A DNA stretch of 64,000 nt from Tubiluchus corallicola (GCA_030141605.1 JAQGDQ010000216.1:1-64000); one strand, 5' to 3'. Shown: positions 11,427 to 23,631, counted from the stretch's first letter. The notes: generated by a model from the sequence alone, not told the origin. Made by a program: numbers and translations.

Positions 11427-11475
11427 ATGATGAGATATATTCAAACTGTTAATTGCGTCTGTTTATATTAAAAAT

Positions 11476-11506
11476 TTTGTCTTAATGATTTTCTTACATA
11501 TATTTG
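11476..11506 (+). promoter_or_regulatory. Bacteroidota sigma-70 promoter of the ilv-leu operon
   Basis: TTTG (11476-11479), a 19-nt spacer, then TATATTTG (11499-11506): the -33/-7 consensus. Confidence 0.7.
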
Positions 11507-11543
11507 CATATATCTAAAATAGTATTTAAGTCTAAGAAATATA

Positions 11544-11609
11544 ATGAGAAACACAATATTAAGCAACCTGATCAGTCTACTGACTACTATTCTCCTCCTC
11601 CCTAGGTGA
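11544..11609 (+). CDS. ilv-leu operon leader peptide MRNTILSNLISLLTTILLLPR
   Basis: 21-codon ORF with 7 Leu and 3 Ile between the promoter and a terminator upstream of ilvD; too short for the ORF track. Confidence 0.85.
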   Translation: MRNTILSNLISLLTTILLLPR

Positions 11610-11639
11610 GAAAGGTTAAGTATTGTGTAAAAGTATAGG

Positions 11640-11677
11640 AGCCTTTCTCTTTATGAATAACAGAGAAAGGCTTTTTT
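11640..11677 (+). terminator. Attenuator terminator upstream of ilvD
   Basis: AGCCTTTCTCT (11640-11650) / AGAGAAAGGCT (11662-11672) 11-bp stem followed by a T run; GAGAAAGG at 11608-11615 is an alternative partner for the 5-prime arm. Confidence 0.88.
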
Positions 11678-11697
11678 ATTAAGTTATTATCACAGGT

Positions 11698-13530
11698 ATG
11701 AGTGTAAAGCTAAGAAGTGAAACAACAACAAAGGGGCGCAAAATGGCCGGGGCAAGAAGCCTTTGGCGTGCTAACGGGATGAAAGATGTGCATTTTGGCA
11801 ATCCTGTTATTGCTATTGTAAATTCGTTCACGCAACTTGTCCCGGGGCATGTACACCTACAGGATATCGGACAGTTGGTAAAAGCAGAAATTGAAAAAGA
11901 GGGCTGTTTTGCAGCCGAATTCAATACCATTGCTATTGACGATGGCATTGCTATGGGACATGATGGTATGCTGTACTCGCTCCCTTCCAGAGAAATAATT
12001 GCAGATAGTGTTGAGTATATGATTAATGCACATAAGGTGGATGCAATGGTGTGCATATCCAATTGTGACAAGGTCACTCCCGGAATGATGATGGCAGCAA
12101 TGCGCCTTAATATTCCTGCAATATTTGTTTCGGGAGGCCCCATGGAGGCTGGTAAGATTAGAGGGAAACAGTATGACCTTGTCGATGCAATGGTAATGGC
12201 TGGGGATAGCTCTGTGAGTGATGAATCTCTTGCCGAAGTAGAGAGAGAAGCGTGCCCTACCTGCGGTTCCTGCTCCGGTATGTTTACTGCAAACTCAATG
12301 AACTGCCTCACCGAAGCGTTGGGATTATCTCTTCCGGGAAACGGAACTGTTGTAGCTACTCATGCTAATCGAATAAAATTATTTACCAGAGCGGCCAAAA
12401 GAATTGTTGAGATAACAAATGATTATTATCGCAATGGCAATGATATGGTTCTTCCCAGAAGTATAGGCACTCGTAAGGCATTTATAAATGCTATGGCTGT
12501 AGATATCGCTATGGGAGGCTCCACTAATACTGTTTTGCATCTACTGGCTATTGCAAATGAGGCAGGTGTCGACTTTACAATGAAAGATATAGATGAACTT
12601 TCAAGGAAAATTCCCTGTCTGTGCAAGGTGTCTCCCAGTTCAGATTATCATATACAGGATGTAAATAGAGCAGGTGGTATTTTAGGTATTATGGGTGAGC
12701 TTGAGCGGAGAAGGTTACTCGACACAACAGTATGCAGAGTAGATGCCCCTACTCTCACCGAAGTTATTGAGACGTGGGATGTAATGCGCGATACTGCCAG
12801 CGAAGAGGCACGTAAGATATATAAATCTGCTCCCGGTAATATTGGGCGCAATCTTGTAATGGGATCACAGGAGAATTACTACAGGGAACTGGATACTGAC
12901 CGAAGTAAGGGATGTGTAAGAAGTGTTGAGAGTGCCTACTCAAGTGATGGCGGATTGGCTATATTGTTTGGCAACGTAGCTGATAGTGGATGCGTTGTAA
13001 AAACTGCTGGAGTCGATCCGTCAATATTCAACTTTAAAGGGAGTGCCCGAGTTTTCGAGTCGCAAGAGGATGCATGCAGCGGTATATTAAATGGCACTGT
13101 GAAGGCAGGTGATACTGTTGTTATACGATACGAAGGGCCGAAAGGGGGACCAGGAATGCAGGAGATGCTTTATCCCACTTCATATTTGAAGTCAACTAAA
13201 CTCGATAAGCAATGCGCATTGTTAACAGATGGTCGTTTTTCCGGTGGCACATCAGGCTTGTCAATAGGGCATATTTCGCCGGAAGCTGCTGCCGGTGGTG
13301 TTATTGCTTTAATCCGAGATGGCGATTCTATCGAGATAGATATAGTAGCAAGGAGAATAGAGCTGAAGGTTTCTGAGAAAGAGCTTGAAAAGAGGAGGAG
13401 GGAGGAGACTGCAAGGGGGAAAGATGCATTCACCCCTATAGCAAGAGATAGAAGTGTGAGCAAGGCGCTGAAGGCATACGCAAGCTTTGTTACATCAGCC
13501 GATAAAGGGGCTATAAGAGTAGTAGAATAA
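11698..13530 (+). CDS. ilvD: Dihydroxy-acid dehydratase
   Basis: [49 protein letters not shown] and TDGRFSGG. Confidence 0.97.
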   Translation: MSVKLRSETTTKGRKMAGARSLWRANGMKDVHFGNPVIAIVNSFTQLVPGHVHLQDIGQLVKAEIEKEGCFAAEFNTIAIDDGIAMGHDGMLYSLPSREIIADSVEYMINAHKVDAMVCISNCDKVTPGMMMAAMRLNIPAIFVSGGPMEAGKIRGKQYDLVDAMVMAGDSSVSDESLAEVEREACPTCGSCSGMFTANSMNCLTEALGLSLPGNGTVVATHANRIKLFTRAAKRIVEITNDYYRNGNDMVLPRSIGTRKAFINAMAVDIAMGGSTNTVLHLLAIANEAGVDFTMKDIDELSRKIPCLCKVSPSSDYHIQDVNRAGGILGIMGELERRRLLDTTVCRVDAPTLTEVIETWDVMRDTASEEARKIYKSAPGNIGRNLVMGSQENYYRELDTDRSKGCVRSVESAYSSDGGLAILFGNVADSGCVVKTAGVDPSIFNFKGSARVFESQEDACSGILNGTVKAGDTVVIRYEGPKGGPGMQEMLYPTSYLKSTKLDKQCALLTDGRFSGGTSGLSIGHISPEAAAGGVIALIRDGDSIEIDIVARRIELKVSEKELEKRRREETARGKDAFTPIARDRSVSKALKAYASFVTSADKGAIRVVE

Positions 13531-13560
13531 TAATTTATAATTAAATAAAAGCTTGAGTAT

Positions 13561-15297
13561 ATGGCAAATACAGAAAAAAAGCTTATGCGAACAGGAGAAG
13601 AGGTTACAGGCTGTGAAGCAGTCATCATGTCTCTTTTGGAAGAGGGTGTTGACACTATTTTTGGGTATCCAGGCGGGGCAATCATGCCTGTTTATGATTC
13701 GTTGTATGACTACAGCCACGTATTAAAGCATGTTTTAACACGCCATGAACAGGGCTCTGTTCATGCAGCACAAGGCTATTCGCGTGTTTCTGGTAAAACA
13801 GGCGTGTGTTTTGCTACTTCCGGACCGGGGGCTACTAACCTTATCACTGGTATTGCTGATGCCATGATTGACTCTACTCCACTTGTGTGTATAGCAGGAC
13901 AGGTTCCTTCTGTTCTGCTTGGCACTGATGCTTTTCAAGAATCCGATATTGTTGGTATTTCAATGCCCGTAACTAAGTGGAATTATCAAATTACCACCTC
14001 TGACGAAATACAGGAGGCTTTGTCGAAAGCATTCTATATCGCTAATAGTGGACGTCCCGGCCCTGTGGTGCTGGATATTACAAAAGATGCGCAGTTTGGC
14101 AAAACGGTTTTTAATTATAAAAAATGCCACAGAATACGAAGCTATGTTCCTGAATATCCGGTAGATAAAAAGAATCTAAAGGAAGCAGCTGATATTATTA
14201 ACACCGCTAAAAAACCGTACTTACTGCTTGGGCATGGGGTGATATTATCAGGTGCAGAGAAAGAGCTGAAAGAGCTTGTTGAGAAAGCCGGAATACCATC
14301 AGCATGGACATTGCTAGGCGCTTCTGCCATGCCAACAGACCATCCTTTGAATGTAGGGATGCTAGGTATGCATGGTAATTACGGGCCAAACATAAATACT
14401 AATGAATGTGATGTGCTTATTGCTGTGGGGATGCGTTTCGATGATCGTGTTACAGGCGATGTAAGTAGATATGCAAAGCAGGCGAAAATAATTCATATTG
14501 ATATTGACCCTGCTGAGATAAATAAGATTATAAAAGCGGATATTGCACTCCTGGGGGATGCAAAGAAAATTCTCAGGCTGCTCAATAAACTTGTAGACAA
14601 GCGCTCACACAACAAGTGGTTGGATGAGTTTAAAAAGGCTGCAAAAGTGGAGAGCAAAAAGGTTATAGCTAAGGATTTATCTCATGACAGTGAGAGTATT
14701 TCTATGGCAGAAGTTATACATAGTGCTTCCGAGATCACAAACAACGAAGCTGTTGTTGTTACTGACGTAGGGCAAAATCAGATGTTTGCTGCCAGGTACT
14801 CGCGGTTTTCACAGTCGCGTAGTATGGTTACATCCGGAGGGCTAGGCACTATGGGATTTGGGCTTCCGGCAGCTATTGGGGCTAAGTTTGGTGCTCCGCA
14901 CCGTGATGTAATGGCATTCATTGGCGATGGGGGTATGCAGATGACTATACAAGAGCTTGGAACGATCGCACAGGAAAATCTCGCAGTCAAGATAATATTA
15001 CTGAATAATCACTTTCTGGGGATGGTACGTCAGTGGCAAGAGCTCTTCTTTGAAAGGAGGTACTCTTTTACAGAGATGTCAAACCCCAATTTTGTCAAAA
15101 TAGCTAACGGCTTTGGAATACCGGGGAAGTCTATTTCCAAACGGAAAGATCTGGAAGGCGCTTTAAAATCTATGATTGAAACCCCAGGAGCTTATCTACT
15201 GGAGGTGCTGGTTGGACGGGAAGATAATATATTTCCAATGGTTGCTCCCGGAGCATCAGTTTCAGAGGTGCTGCTTGCTCCAAATGAGGAGGATTGA
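13561..15297 (+). CDS. ilvB: Acetolactate synthase large subunit
   Basis: FGYPGGAIMP, RHEQG, TSGPGATN and ThDP motif GDGG...NN..LGMVRQWQ. Confidence 0.96.
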   Translation: MANTEKKLMRTGEEVTGCEAVIMSLLEEGVDTIFGYPGGAIMPVYDSLYDYSHVLKHVLTRHEQGSVHAAQGYSRVSGKTGVCFATSGPGATNLITGIADAMIDSTPLVCIAGQVPSVLLGTDAFQESDIVGISMPVTKWNYQITTSDEIQEALSKAFYIANSGRPGPVVLDITKDAQFGKTVFNYKKCHRIRSYVPEYPVDKKNLKEAADIINTAKKPYLLLGHGVILSGAEKELKELVEKAGIPSAWTLLGASAMPTDHPLNVGMLGMHGNYGPNINTNECDVLIAVGMRFDDRVTGDVSRYAKQAKIIHIDIDPAEINKIIKADIALLGDAKKILRLLNKLVDKRSHNKWLDEFKKAAKVESKKVIAKDLSHDSESISMAEVIHSASEITNNEAVVVTDVGQNQMFAARYSRFSQSRSMVTSGGLGTMGFGLPAAIGAKFGAPHRDVMAFIGDGGMQMTIQELGTIAQENLAVKIILLNNHFLGMVRQWQELFFERRYSFTEMSNPNFVKIANGFGIPGKSISKRKDLEGALKSMIETPGAYLLEVLVGREDNIFPMVAPGASVSEVLLAPNEED

Positions 15298-15358
15298 TTT
15301 ATTTAGAGTTTATTGATAGTAGCTGTTGCTTATAAAATGAGTTTAAAATAATAGCACA

Positions 15359-15940
15359 ATGAAGCAAGAATATATAATATCGGCATATAGTGAAAACCAT
15401 ATTGGATTGTTAAACAGAATAGCGGTTGTTTTCACCCGCCGTAAAGTAAATATTGAGAGCCTTACAGTTTCTGAATCCGCCCTGGAGGGTATATCCAAGT
15501 TTACTATTGTGGTAAAGGAGGAGAGAGAGAAAGTAGAGAAAATAGTTGGACAGATAGAGAAGCAGATTGAGGTGCTAAAAGCATTTTGTCATACTAATGA
15601 CGAAATGATATACCAAGAAATTGCTCTTTATAAAGTTCCAACAAAGTCTCTGACGGAGGGTAACTTTATTGAAAACATGGTGCGAAAGCATAACGCCCGA
15701 ATTCTGGAAATTACCAGTAAGTACACTGTAATCGAGAAGACAGGGCATAAGCATGAAACACAAGAGCTGTTTGAAGGACTCAATAATTTTGGTCTGACAC
15801 AGTTTATTCGGTCAGGCAGGATAGCAATTACCCGCTCCCCAATAGAGAAGCTTTCGGAGTTCCTCAAAGAGAGAGACACATTGCTAGAGAAAATGGAGAA
15901 GACAGAAAAAGAGCAGGATCTTATTAATTTAAACAAATAA
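15359..15940 (+). CDS. ilvN: Acetolactate synthase small (regulatory) subunit
   Basis: ACT domain ENHIGLLNRIAVVFTRRKVNIESL and C-terminal RSGRIA; follows ilvB. Confidence 0.93.
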   Translation: MKQEYIISAYSENHIGLLNRIAVVFTRRKVNIESLTVSESALEGISKFTIVVKEEREKVEKIVGQIEKQIEVLKAFCHTNDEMIYQEIALYKVPTKSLTEGNFIENMVRKHNARILEITSKYTVIEKTGHKHETQELFEGLNNFGLTQFIRSGRIAITRSPIEKLSEFLKERDTLLEKMEKTEKEQDLINLNK

Positions 15941-15952
15941 AAGTTTTTAAAA

Positions 15953-17002
15953 ATGGCAAAAATTAATTTTGGAGGAGTCCATGAAAATGTAGTAATGCGA
16001 GAAGAATTTCCTGTTGAGAAAGCAAAAGAGATTCTTAAAAATGAAACCATTGCAATTATTGGATACGGAGTTCAGGGACCGGCACAAGCTATGAACATGA
16101 AAGATAACGGGATAAATGTGATTATTGGTCAGGCTCCCGAATTCAAGGAAGATTGGGACAAAGCCGTTAATGACGGATGGGTGCCAAATGAGACGCTTTT
16201 CCCTGTGGAAGAGGCTGCAAAGAAAGCAACTATTGTTCAGTATCTCGTATCTGATGCTGCTCAGCGCATTATATGGCCAAAGCTGAAGCCATGTCTTAAT
16301 AAAGGTGATGCACTCTATTTTTCACATGGGTTTTCTGTTATATACAAGGACCAAACAGGTGTTATTCCTCCCAATGACATCGATGTTATTCTTGTTGCTC
16401 CCAAAGGATCAGGAGCCAGTGTAAGAACCAATTTTTTGGCAGGTAACGGCATCAACTCCAGCTACGCTATATTTCAGGATTTCACAGGGAGGGCAGAGGA
16501 ACGAACTCTCGCTCTGGGTATAGCTATTGGTTCGGGCTACCTCTTTCCTACTACTTTTGAAAATGAGGTTTTCTCCGATCTCACAGGAGAGCGTGGTGTG
16601 CTAATGGGAGGCCTTGCCGGAATAATAGAGGCACAGTACCAGGTTCTTCGCGACAATGGGCATAGCCCTTCGGAAGCTTTTAATGAAACTGTAGAGGAGT
16701 TGACACAGAGTCTCATTCGGTTAGTAGACCAGAATGGTATGGATTGGATGTATGCCAACTGTAGTGCAACAGCTCAGCGAGGGGCTCTTGATTGGAGACA
16801 TAAGTTCCGTAAGGCAACATTACCTGTGTTTAAAGAGCTATACAACAGTGTAAAACAGGGAAAAGAGACAAAGCGTGTTCTTGACTCAACCAGTAGTGTC
16901 AATTATAAGGACTCTTTAGGTGCAGAATTAAAAGAGATGAGAGAGTCTGAGCTTTGGCAAACCGGAGTAGAGGTGAGAAAATTGCGCCCTGAGAATAATT
17001 AG
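15953..17002 (+). CDS. ilvC: Ketol-acid reductoisomerase
   Basis: IIGYGVQG, FSHGF, VAPKG, SDLTGERG and CSATAQRGA. Confidence 0.96.
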   Translation: MAKINFGGVHENVVMREEFPVEKAKEILKNETIAIIGYGVQGPAQAMNMKDNGINVIIGQAPEFKEDWDKAVNDGWVPNETLFPVEEAAKKATIVQYLVSDAAQRIIWPKLKPCLNKGDALYFSHGFSVIYKDQTGVIPPNDIDVILVAPKGSGASVRTNFLAGNGINSSYAIFQDFTGRAEERTLALGIAIGSGYLFPTTFENEVFSDLTGERGVLMGGLAGIIEAQYQVLRDNGHSPSEAFNETVEELTQSLIRLVDQNGMDWMYANCSATAQRGALDWRHKFRKATLPVFKELYNSVKQGKETKRVLDSTSSVNYKDSLGAELKEMRESELWQTGVEVRKLRPENN

Positions 17003-17172
17003 AAGGCAAGCCAGCAACCAGATCAGTTTATGCAGGTGCCGGGGACCCTATATTACTGTTTTTCACATTAGAGACTGATAAGAAGGGTGCTTAATGGCTC
17101 TGCTTATATTTATAAACTCTGGTTATGGAGCAAGGTTATATGAAGATTTTTAAAAACTAAATATTTTAAATA

Positions 17173-18690
17173 ATGGGCGATCGGGTATATATTTTTGACA
17201 CCACTCTGCGTGACGGGGAGCAGGTTCCTGGGTGTCAGTTAAATACTGTCGAAAAAATAGAGGTTGCAAAAGCGCTTGAGGTGTTAGGTGTTGACATTAT
17301 TGAAGCAGGATTTCCTGTTTCAAGCCCCGGTGATTTTCAATCGGTTGTAGAGATTTCTAAAGCTATAACCTGGCCTACAGTTTGTGCATTGACACGAGCA
17401 GTGGAAAAGGATATTGATGTTGCAGCCGAAGCGCTTAAACATGCTAAGAAAAAACGTATTCACACAGGGATAGGCACGTCTGAATACCATATCAGATATA
17501 AGCTAAATTCTACTCCTGAAAAGGTGTTGGCGCGTGCAGTAGAGGCAGTAAAGCATGCAAAAAAATACGTAGAAGATGTAGAGTTTTATGCCGAGGATGC
17601 CGGACGCTCGGACAATGAGTACCTGGCAAGGGTTATTGAAGCAGTTATTAAAGCAGGAGCTACAGTGGTGAATATACCTGATACAACGGGATACTGTCTA
17701 CCAGAAGATTTTGGTGTAAAAATCAAATACCTGAAAGAGAATGTATCCAATATTGAAAAAGCCATAATTTCCACACACTGTCATAACGACCTAGGTATGG
17801 CAACCGCCAATACAATAGCAGGGATAAGAAACGGAGCCAGGCAGGTTGAGGTTACGATAAACGGGATAGGCGAACGTGCAGGTAATACTTCCCTAGAAGA
17901 GATTGTTATGATATTACGCTCTCATAAAGAGATTGGCCTTGATACAAATATTAAGTCAAAGGGTATTTTTAAAACAAGTCGTCTTGTATCAAGCCTAATG
18001 AATATGCCTGTACAGCCAAATAAAGCAATAGTGGGCAGAAATGCTTTCGCACACTCAAGCGGTATTCACCAGGACGGTGTTTTGAAGCATCGTGATAATT
18101 ATGAGATTATCAATCCTGAGGAGGTTGGAATAAACGAGTCATCTATTGTACTTACTGCCCGAAGTGGACGCGCAGCATTGAAACACCGCATTGAAGTTCT
18201 GGGAGCTAAGATTGATAAGAAGAAACTGGACGAACTATATAAAGATTTTCTTGATCTTGCAGATAAGAAAAAAGAGGTTAAGGATGATGATTTACTAGCT
18301 CTTTTGGGAGAGATAGGAAGAGGAGATCGTCGTATTAAACTTGATTTTCTGCAGGTACTTTCAGGTATAAGTATTAGACCGATGGCGACAGTAAGCCTCA
18401 ATATTGCAGGTGAAAAATTCACAGCTACGGAGTTGGGGAATGGTCCTGTTGATGCAGCACTGACGGCAGTGAAAAAGATTATTAGTCGCAAGCTGGTGCT
18501 AGAAGAGTTCCTTATCCAGGCAATTACACGAGGCAGCGATGATATTGGGAAAGTTCATATGCAAGTGGAGAGCGAAGGTGTCGTGTTCAATGGATTTAGT
18601 GCTAATACTGATATTATCACAGCATCTGTTGAGGCTTTTATTGATGCAGTAAATAAAATGGGTAATGGAAGACTTAAAGGGGAAGGTTAA
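17173..18690 (+). CDS. leuA: 2-isopropylmalate synthase
   Basis: [34 protein letters not shown] and regulatory GNGPVDA. Confidence 0.95.
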   Translation: MGDRVYIFDTTLRDGEQVPGCQLNTVEKIEVAKALEVLGVDIIEAGFPVSSPGDFQSVVEISKAITWPTVCALTRAVEKDIDVAAEALKHAKKKRIHTGIGTSEYHIRYKLNSTPEKVLARAVEAVKHAKKYVEDVEFYAEDAGRSDNEYLARVIEAVIKAGATVVNIPDTTGYCLPEDFGVKIKYLKENVSNIEKAIISTHCHNDLGMATANTIAGIRNGARQVEVTINGIGERAGNTSLEEIVMILRSHKEIGLDTNIKSKGIFKTSRLVSSLMNMPVQPNKAIVGRNAFAHSSGIHQDGVLKHRDNYEIINPEEVGINESSIVLTARSGRAALKHRIEVLGAKIDKKKLDELYKDFLDLADKKKEVKDDDLLALLGEIGRGDRRIKLDFLQVLSGISIRPMATVSLNIAGEKFTATELGNGPVDAALTAVKKIISRKLVLEEFLIQAITRGSDDIGKVHMQVESEGVVFNGFSANTDIITASVEAFIDAVNKMGNGRLKGEG

Positions 18691-18728
18691 TAAATCGGAC
18701 AGTTAGTTCAAAATAAAAAAGTATCGTA

Positions 18729-20132
18729 ATGGTGTCAAATCCAAAAACATTATTTGACAAAGTTTGGGATTCTCATGTGGTGAAACAAATTGACAGTGGC
18801 CCAAGCATTTTGTATATAGATCACCACTTTATCCATGAAGTAACCAGCCCTGTTGCTTTTGGAGGCCTTAAGAAACGTGGGTTCACAGTTTTCCGTCCTG
18901 AGAAAACAACTGCAATACCTGATCACAATGTTCCTACTATGAGACAGCATCTTCCTATCAGTGATGAGCTGTCGCGTAATCAGGTAAATGCACTGGAGGA
19001 AAACTGCAAAGCAAACGGTATTGAGTTATATGGGCTGCAGCATAAGCACCATGGTATAGTTCATGTTGCAGGGCCCGAGTTGGGCATTACTCAGCCAGGG
19101 ATGACTATTGTTTGTGGAGACAGCCACACCTCCACACATGGAGCTTTTGGGAGTGTTGCTTTTGGTATTGGCACAAGTGAAGTTGAAATGGTCTTTGCCA
19201 GCCAGTGTATAATGCAACCTAAGCCCAAAAGAATGCTAGTTAACATTGACGGGGCATTACAAAAGAGTGTGACGGCAAAAGATATCGCATTGTATATTAT
19301 CTCACAAATATCCACTTTCGGTGGAACAGGACACTTCATTGAGTATTCAGGAGAGGCTGTCAGGAGCTTGACGATGGAGGGCAGGATGACTTTGTGCAAT
19401 ATGAGTATAGAGTCGGGTGCGCGTGGAGGCATGATTGCTCCAGATAAAACCACATTTGAGTATATGAAGGGGCGAAAATTTTCTCCTAAAGGGGAAATGT
19501 GGAGTAATAAAATGCATTATTGGAAAACTTTATCAAGCGATGAAGGCGCACAGTTTGATACTGTGTATAATTTTAATGCTGCAGATATTGAGCCTATGAT
19601 TACTTATGGCACTAATCCCAGTATGGGTACAGCTATTACAGGAAGTATTCCGACCGTTGATGGAATGTCGGGAAGTGATAAAATAACTTTTGAGAAGTCG
19701 CTTGATTATATGGGATTCAAACCCGGGGAAAAGCTACTTGGGAAAAGTGTTGACTATGTATTTGTAGGCAGTTGTACTAATGGACGTATTGAAGATTTCA
19801 GGGCATTTGCGAAGTTTGTAGAAGGTCGACAAAAAGCGGATAGTGTAACTGCCTGGCTAGTGCCTGGTTCTCAATCTGTTGAAAAACAAATATGCGAAGA
19901 AGGGTTGCTAGAGATACTTAATGCATCTGGATTCCAGCTGCGCCAACCAGGATGTTCCGCCTGTCTGGCAATGAATGAAGACAAGGTTCCAGCGGGGAAG
20001 TACTCTGTTTCAACTTCTAATAGAAATTTTGAAGGGCGCCAGGGACCGGGTGCGCGTACAATGCTTGCAGGCCCATTGGTGGCAGCAGCAGCAGCTGTTA
20101 CCGGAGTTATCTCCGACCCTAGAATTATTTAA
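18729..20132 (+). CDS. leuC: 3-isopropylmalate dehydratase large subunit
   Basis: HEVTSP, CGDSHT, GSCTNGR, PGCSACL and [12 protein letters not shown]. Confidence 0.97.
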   Translation: MVSNPKTLFDKVWDSHVVKQIDSGPSILYIDHHFIHEVTSPVAFGGLKKRGFTVFRPEKTTAIPDHNVPTMRQHLPISDELSRNQVNALEENCKANGIELYGLQHKHHGIVHVAGPELGITQPGMTIVCGDSHTSTHGAFGSVAFGIGTSEVEMVFASQCIMQPKPKRMLVNIDGALQKSVTAKDIALYIISQISTFGGTGHFIEYSGEAVRSLTMEGRMTLCNMSIESGARGGMIAPDKTTFEYMKGRKFSPKGEMWSNKMHYWKTLSSDEGAQFDTVYNFNAADIEPMITYGTNPSMGTAITGSIPTVDGMSGSDKITFEKSLDYMGFKPGEKLLGKSVDYVFVGSCTNGRIEDFRAFAKFVEGRQKADSVTAWLVPGSQSVEKQICEEGLLEILNASGFQLRQPGCSACLAMNEDKVPAGKYSVSTSNRNFEGRQGPGARTMLAGPLVAAAAAVTGVISDPRII

Positions 20133-20161
20133 TTAATTTCCTCATTAAAAAAAAGAGTGTT

Positions 20162-20755
20162 ATGCCAGTTGAAAAGTTTGAAAAGTTTGTAAGCCGAGCA
20201 ATACCACTACCGATTGAAAATATAGATACAGATCAGATAATCCCTGCCAGATTTCTTAAGGCTGTTGAGCGCAAGGGATTTGGAGATAATTTATTTCGGG
20301 ACTGGAAGTACAATAAAGATGGTTCAGAGAATAAGGATTTTATTTTGAATAGTCCTGATTATTCGGGGAAGATATTAGTGGCAGGCAAAAACTTCGGTAG
20401 TGGTTCAAGCCGGGAGCATGCAGCATGGGCAATATACGATTATGGATTTAGGGTGGTTGTGTCAAGCTTTTTTGCTGATATTTTTAAAAATAATGCATTA
20501 AATAATGGATTATTACCTGTACAGGTTTCGGAAGATTACTTATCAAGACTCTTTGATACAATAGATCACAATCCAGACGCAATGTTTGATGTTGACCTTG
20601 AAAATCAGACGTTTACTAATACTGAATCGAAGAAGAGTATTAAGTACGATATTAATCCTTACAAGAAAGAGTGCCTGTTGAAAGGGTATGATGATATTGA
20701 TTTTCTTATCTCTGTAAAGAATGAAATAGTTAACTTTGAAGCGTTGCAGCTTTAG
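20162..20755 (+). CDS. leuD: 3-isopropylmalate dehydratase small subunit
   Basis: [24 protein letters not shown] and FADIF.NN. Confidence 0.97.
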   Translation: MPVEKFEKFVSRAIPLPIENIDTDQIIPARFLKAVERKGFGDNLFRDWKYNKDGSENKDFILNSPDYSGKILVAGKNFGSGSSREHAAWAIYDYGFRVVVSSFFADIFKNNALNNGLLPVQVSEDYLSRLFDTIDHNPDAMFDVDLENQTFTNTESKKSIKYDINPYKKECLLKGYDDIDFLISVKNEIVNFEALQL

Positions 20756-20832
20756 CTATTTTCAACCTCTTGTATTAGTTTTAGATTTGTTTTGTGCTAT
20801 AACAGAAATTTTTAGTTAAACGAGCTTTGCTT

Positions 20833-22362
20833 ATGGATGGTCGGGTTTACATAATGGATACGACCCTGAGGGATGGAGAACAGACCACGGGAGTCTCTTT
20901 TTCGAAATCAGAGAAACTTAGTATTGCTAAAGCTCTTCTGGATGATGTTAGAGTTGACTATTTGGAGATAGCTTCTGCCAGAGCGTCGGAAGGAGAGTTC
21001 GAGTCTTGTCGTAAGGTAATTGATTGGGCAGAGATTGCCGGATGTGTAGATAAAATTGAAATTCTTGGCTTTGTTGATGGCAAAGTTTCACTGGAATGGA
21101 TAGAGAAAGCAGGAGGGAAAGTGATGAACTTACTGGCTAAAGGTTCCCGCCGCCACCTGGAGCAGCAGCTAAAAAAATCTCCTGGTCAGCATATATCAGA
21201 TATCAGAAAGTCCATCAGGCTGGCAAAGGAGATGTCAATACGTGTGAATGTATATCTTGAAGACTGGTCTAATGGGATGCGCAACTCTCCTGACTACGTT
21301 GATTTTATGATTAGCGGACTGAGAGGTGAGGAGGTGGGAAGAATAATGATGCCTGATACGCTAGGCATACTGAGTTCATCTGAAACCTTTGATTATTGCA
21401 CCTCAATATTGGAGAAGTATCCTGATGTAGACTTTGATTTTCATGCTCACAATGATTACGATCTTGCAATAGCAAATGTTGATGCTGCGCTAAGGGCAGG
21501 CATAAGATGCATACATACTACCGTAAATGGCTTAGGTGAAAGAGCGGGAAATGCTCCGCTGTCAAGTGTAATAGCTCTGATCAGAGATCATATTAAGTTG
21601 CCTACCACTGCTAGAGAGTCAAAGCTAGTCCCTGTTAGCAAGCTTGTTGAGACATTTTCAGGTATCAGGGTGCCGGAGAATAAACCTGTCGTTGGAGAGT
21701 ATGTATTCACGCAGTGCAGTGGAGTGCATGCTGATGGCGATAAAAAAGACCAGTTGTATTTTAATGATCTTTTGCCAGAGCGATTTGGCAGAATTCGCAA
21801 GTATGCTCTGGGGAAGACTTCCGGCAAGGCTAATATCGCCAAAAACCTGGAAGAGATGGGTATACAGCTTAGCATTAATGATTTGAGGAGGGTAACAGAT
21901 AAGGTTATTGAGCTGGGAGATAAGAAAGAGACAGTTACATCCGAAGATTTGCCTTATATAATTTCTGATGTGTTAAAGAGCAAATCTTTATCCCGAAATA
22001 TCGCACTAAATAACTACTATGTTTCCCATGTGAAAGGATTACGCTCTATGGCAACAATAAGTATTGAAATAGATGGTAAGCTATATGAAGAATCGGCTTC
22101 GGGAGACGGACAATACGATGCTTTTGTCAATGCCTTGCGGAGAATTTATAAAAACCTGGACAAGCCATTGCCCAAACTGGTAGATTATACTGTAACAATC
22201 CCACCCGGAGGTAAAACTGACGCACAGGTTGAAGCTCTTGTTACCTGGGAGGCGGATAAGGAGTTTAAAACTAGAGGAGTAGACTCGGACCAAACAGCTG
22301 CAGCAATACAAGCTACGATGAAAATGTTGAACATTATTGAAAATGAAAATGTGGTAGTGTGA
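20833..22362 (+). CDS. cimA: Citramalate synthase (LeuA paralogue)
   Basis: [32 protein letters not shown] and GDGQYDAF; the leuD-X-leuB position is where Bacteroidota carry cimA. Start set at ATG 20833. Confidence 0.8.
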   Translation: MDGRVYIMDTTLRDGEQTTGVSFSKSEKLSIAKALLDDVRVDYLEIASARASEGEFESCRKVIDWAEIAGCVDKIEILGFVDGKVSLEWIEKAGGKVMNLLAKGSRRHLEQQLKKSPGQHISDIRKSIRLAKEMSIRVNVYLEDWSNGMRNSPDYVDFMISGLRGEEVGRIMMPDTLGILSSSETFDYCTSILEKYPDVDFDFHAHNDYDLAIANVDAALRAGIRCIHTTVNGLGERAGNAPLSSVIALIRDHIKLPTTARESKLVPVSKLVETFSGIRVPENKPVVGEYVFTQCSGVHADGDKKDQLYFNDLLPERFGRIRKYALGKTSGKANIAKNLEEMGIQLSINDLRRVTDKVIELGDKKETVTSEDLPYIISDVLKSKSLSRNIALNNYYVSHVKGLRSMATISIEIDGKLYEESASGDGQYDAFVNALRRIYKNLDKPLPKLVDYTVTIPPGGKTDAQVEALVTWEADKEFKTRGVDSDQTAAAIQATMKMLNIIENENVVV

Positions 22363-22420
22363 GTAGTTGGTATAATTACTCTTTTAATATTACTGGATAG
22401 ATAAAAATTTATTATAGCTT

Positions 22421-23491
22421 ATGAAGTTGAATATAGCAGTTTTGCCTGGTGATGGTATTGGACCTGAAATAGTAGAACAGGCTCTTAGGGTAGTAAAAGC
22501 AGTGTGTGTAAGGTTTGGGCACAAGTTGTATGATAGCTTTGGGTTGGTTGGCGCTGCTGCAATAGATGAGGTGGGTAATCCATACCCTGAAGATACTCAT
22601 AAGCTTTGTATGCAGTCTGACGCCGTACTGTTTGGTGCGATAGGGCATCCAAGATTTGATAATGACCCTTCTGCAATAGTACGTCCCGAACAGGGCTTAC
22701 TGGAAATGCGAAAAAGGCTTGGCTTGTATGCTAATATTCGCCCGACTATAACTTTTAGATCTTTAATTGATAAGTCCCCGCTAAAAGCTGAAATAGTAAA
22801 GGGTGCAGATTTTATTGCAATAAGAGAACTAACCGGGGGCATATATTTTGGGCGTCCGCAGGGGCGTGCTGAAGATGGCAACACCGCCTACGATACCTGT
22901 GTGTATACTAGAGAAGAGGTGGAGAGAATACTAAAGCTGAGCTTTGAGTTTGCGTTGAAGCGGAAAAAGAAACTTACTGTTGTAGATAAAGCAAATGTGC
23001 TGGCAACCTCCAGATTATGGCGCGAAATTACACGTGAGATGGCTCCTCGTTACAAAGATGTGAAGGTGGAGTACATGTTTGTTGATAACGCTGCAATGCA
23101 GATTATTCAGCAGCCTAAAAGCTTTGATGTTATAGTTACTGAAAATATGTTTGGGGATATACTAACCGACGAAGCAAGTGTTATTGCCGGCTCACTAGGG
23201 CTTCTGCCATCAGCTTCCATAGGACTACACACATCTGTATTCGAACCGATACATGGTTCTTATCCTCAGGCTACCGGGAAAAATATTGCCAACCCTTTAG
23301 CAATGATCCTGTCTGCAGCAATGATGTTTGAGTCTGCATTCGGCTTGAAAGAAGAAGGACAGCTGGTAAGGGAGGCTGTAGAGGCTTCAATAGAAGAGTG
23401 TGCCGTCACAAAAGATCTGGCAGAGGCTGGACAGAAAGCATTAGGAACATCAGAAGTGGGAGACTGGATTGTTAACTATATTGAAAAGTAA
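22421..23491 (+). CDS. leuB: 3-isopropylmalate dehydrogenase
   Basis: [36 protein letters not shown] and EPIHGS. Confidence 0.97.
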   Translation: MKLNIAVLPGDGIGPEIVEQALRVVKAVCVRFGHKLYDSFGLVGAAAIDEVGNPYPEDTHKLCMQSDAVLFGAIGHPRFDNDPSAIVRPEQGLLEMRKRLGLYANIRPTITFRSLIDKSPLKAEIVKGADFIAIRELTGGIYFGRPQGRAEDGNTAYDTCVYTREEVERILKLSFEFALKRKKKLTVVDKANVLATSRLWREITREMAPRYKDVKVEYMFVDNAAMQIIQQPKSFDVIVTENMFGDILTDEASVIAGSLGLLPSASIGLHTSVFEPIHGSYPQATGKNIANPLAMILSAAMMFESAFGLKEEGQLVREAVEASIEECAVTKDLAEAGQKALGTSEVGDWIVNYIEK

Positions 23492-23631
23492 CTTTCTCTA
23501 ATGTTGAACAGCCAAGGCTCGGCTATAATCAGGGGGAGCATTTGCACACAGCATCAGACCAGACTCCTGTTTTTCATTTTTTTTACAGCCAACTTCAGTT
23601 TATAGTTCATGGCTGGGGAATGACTAATTCG

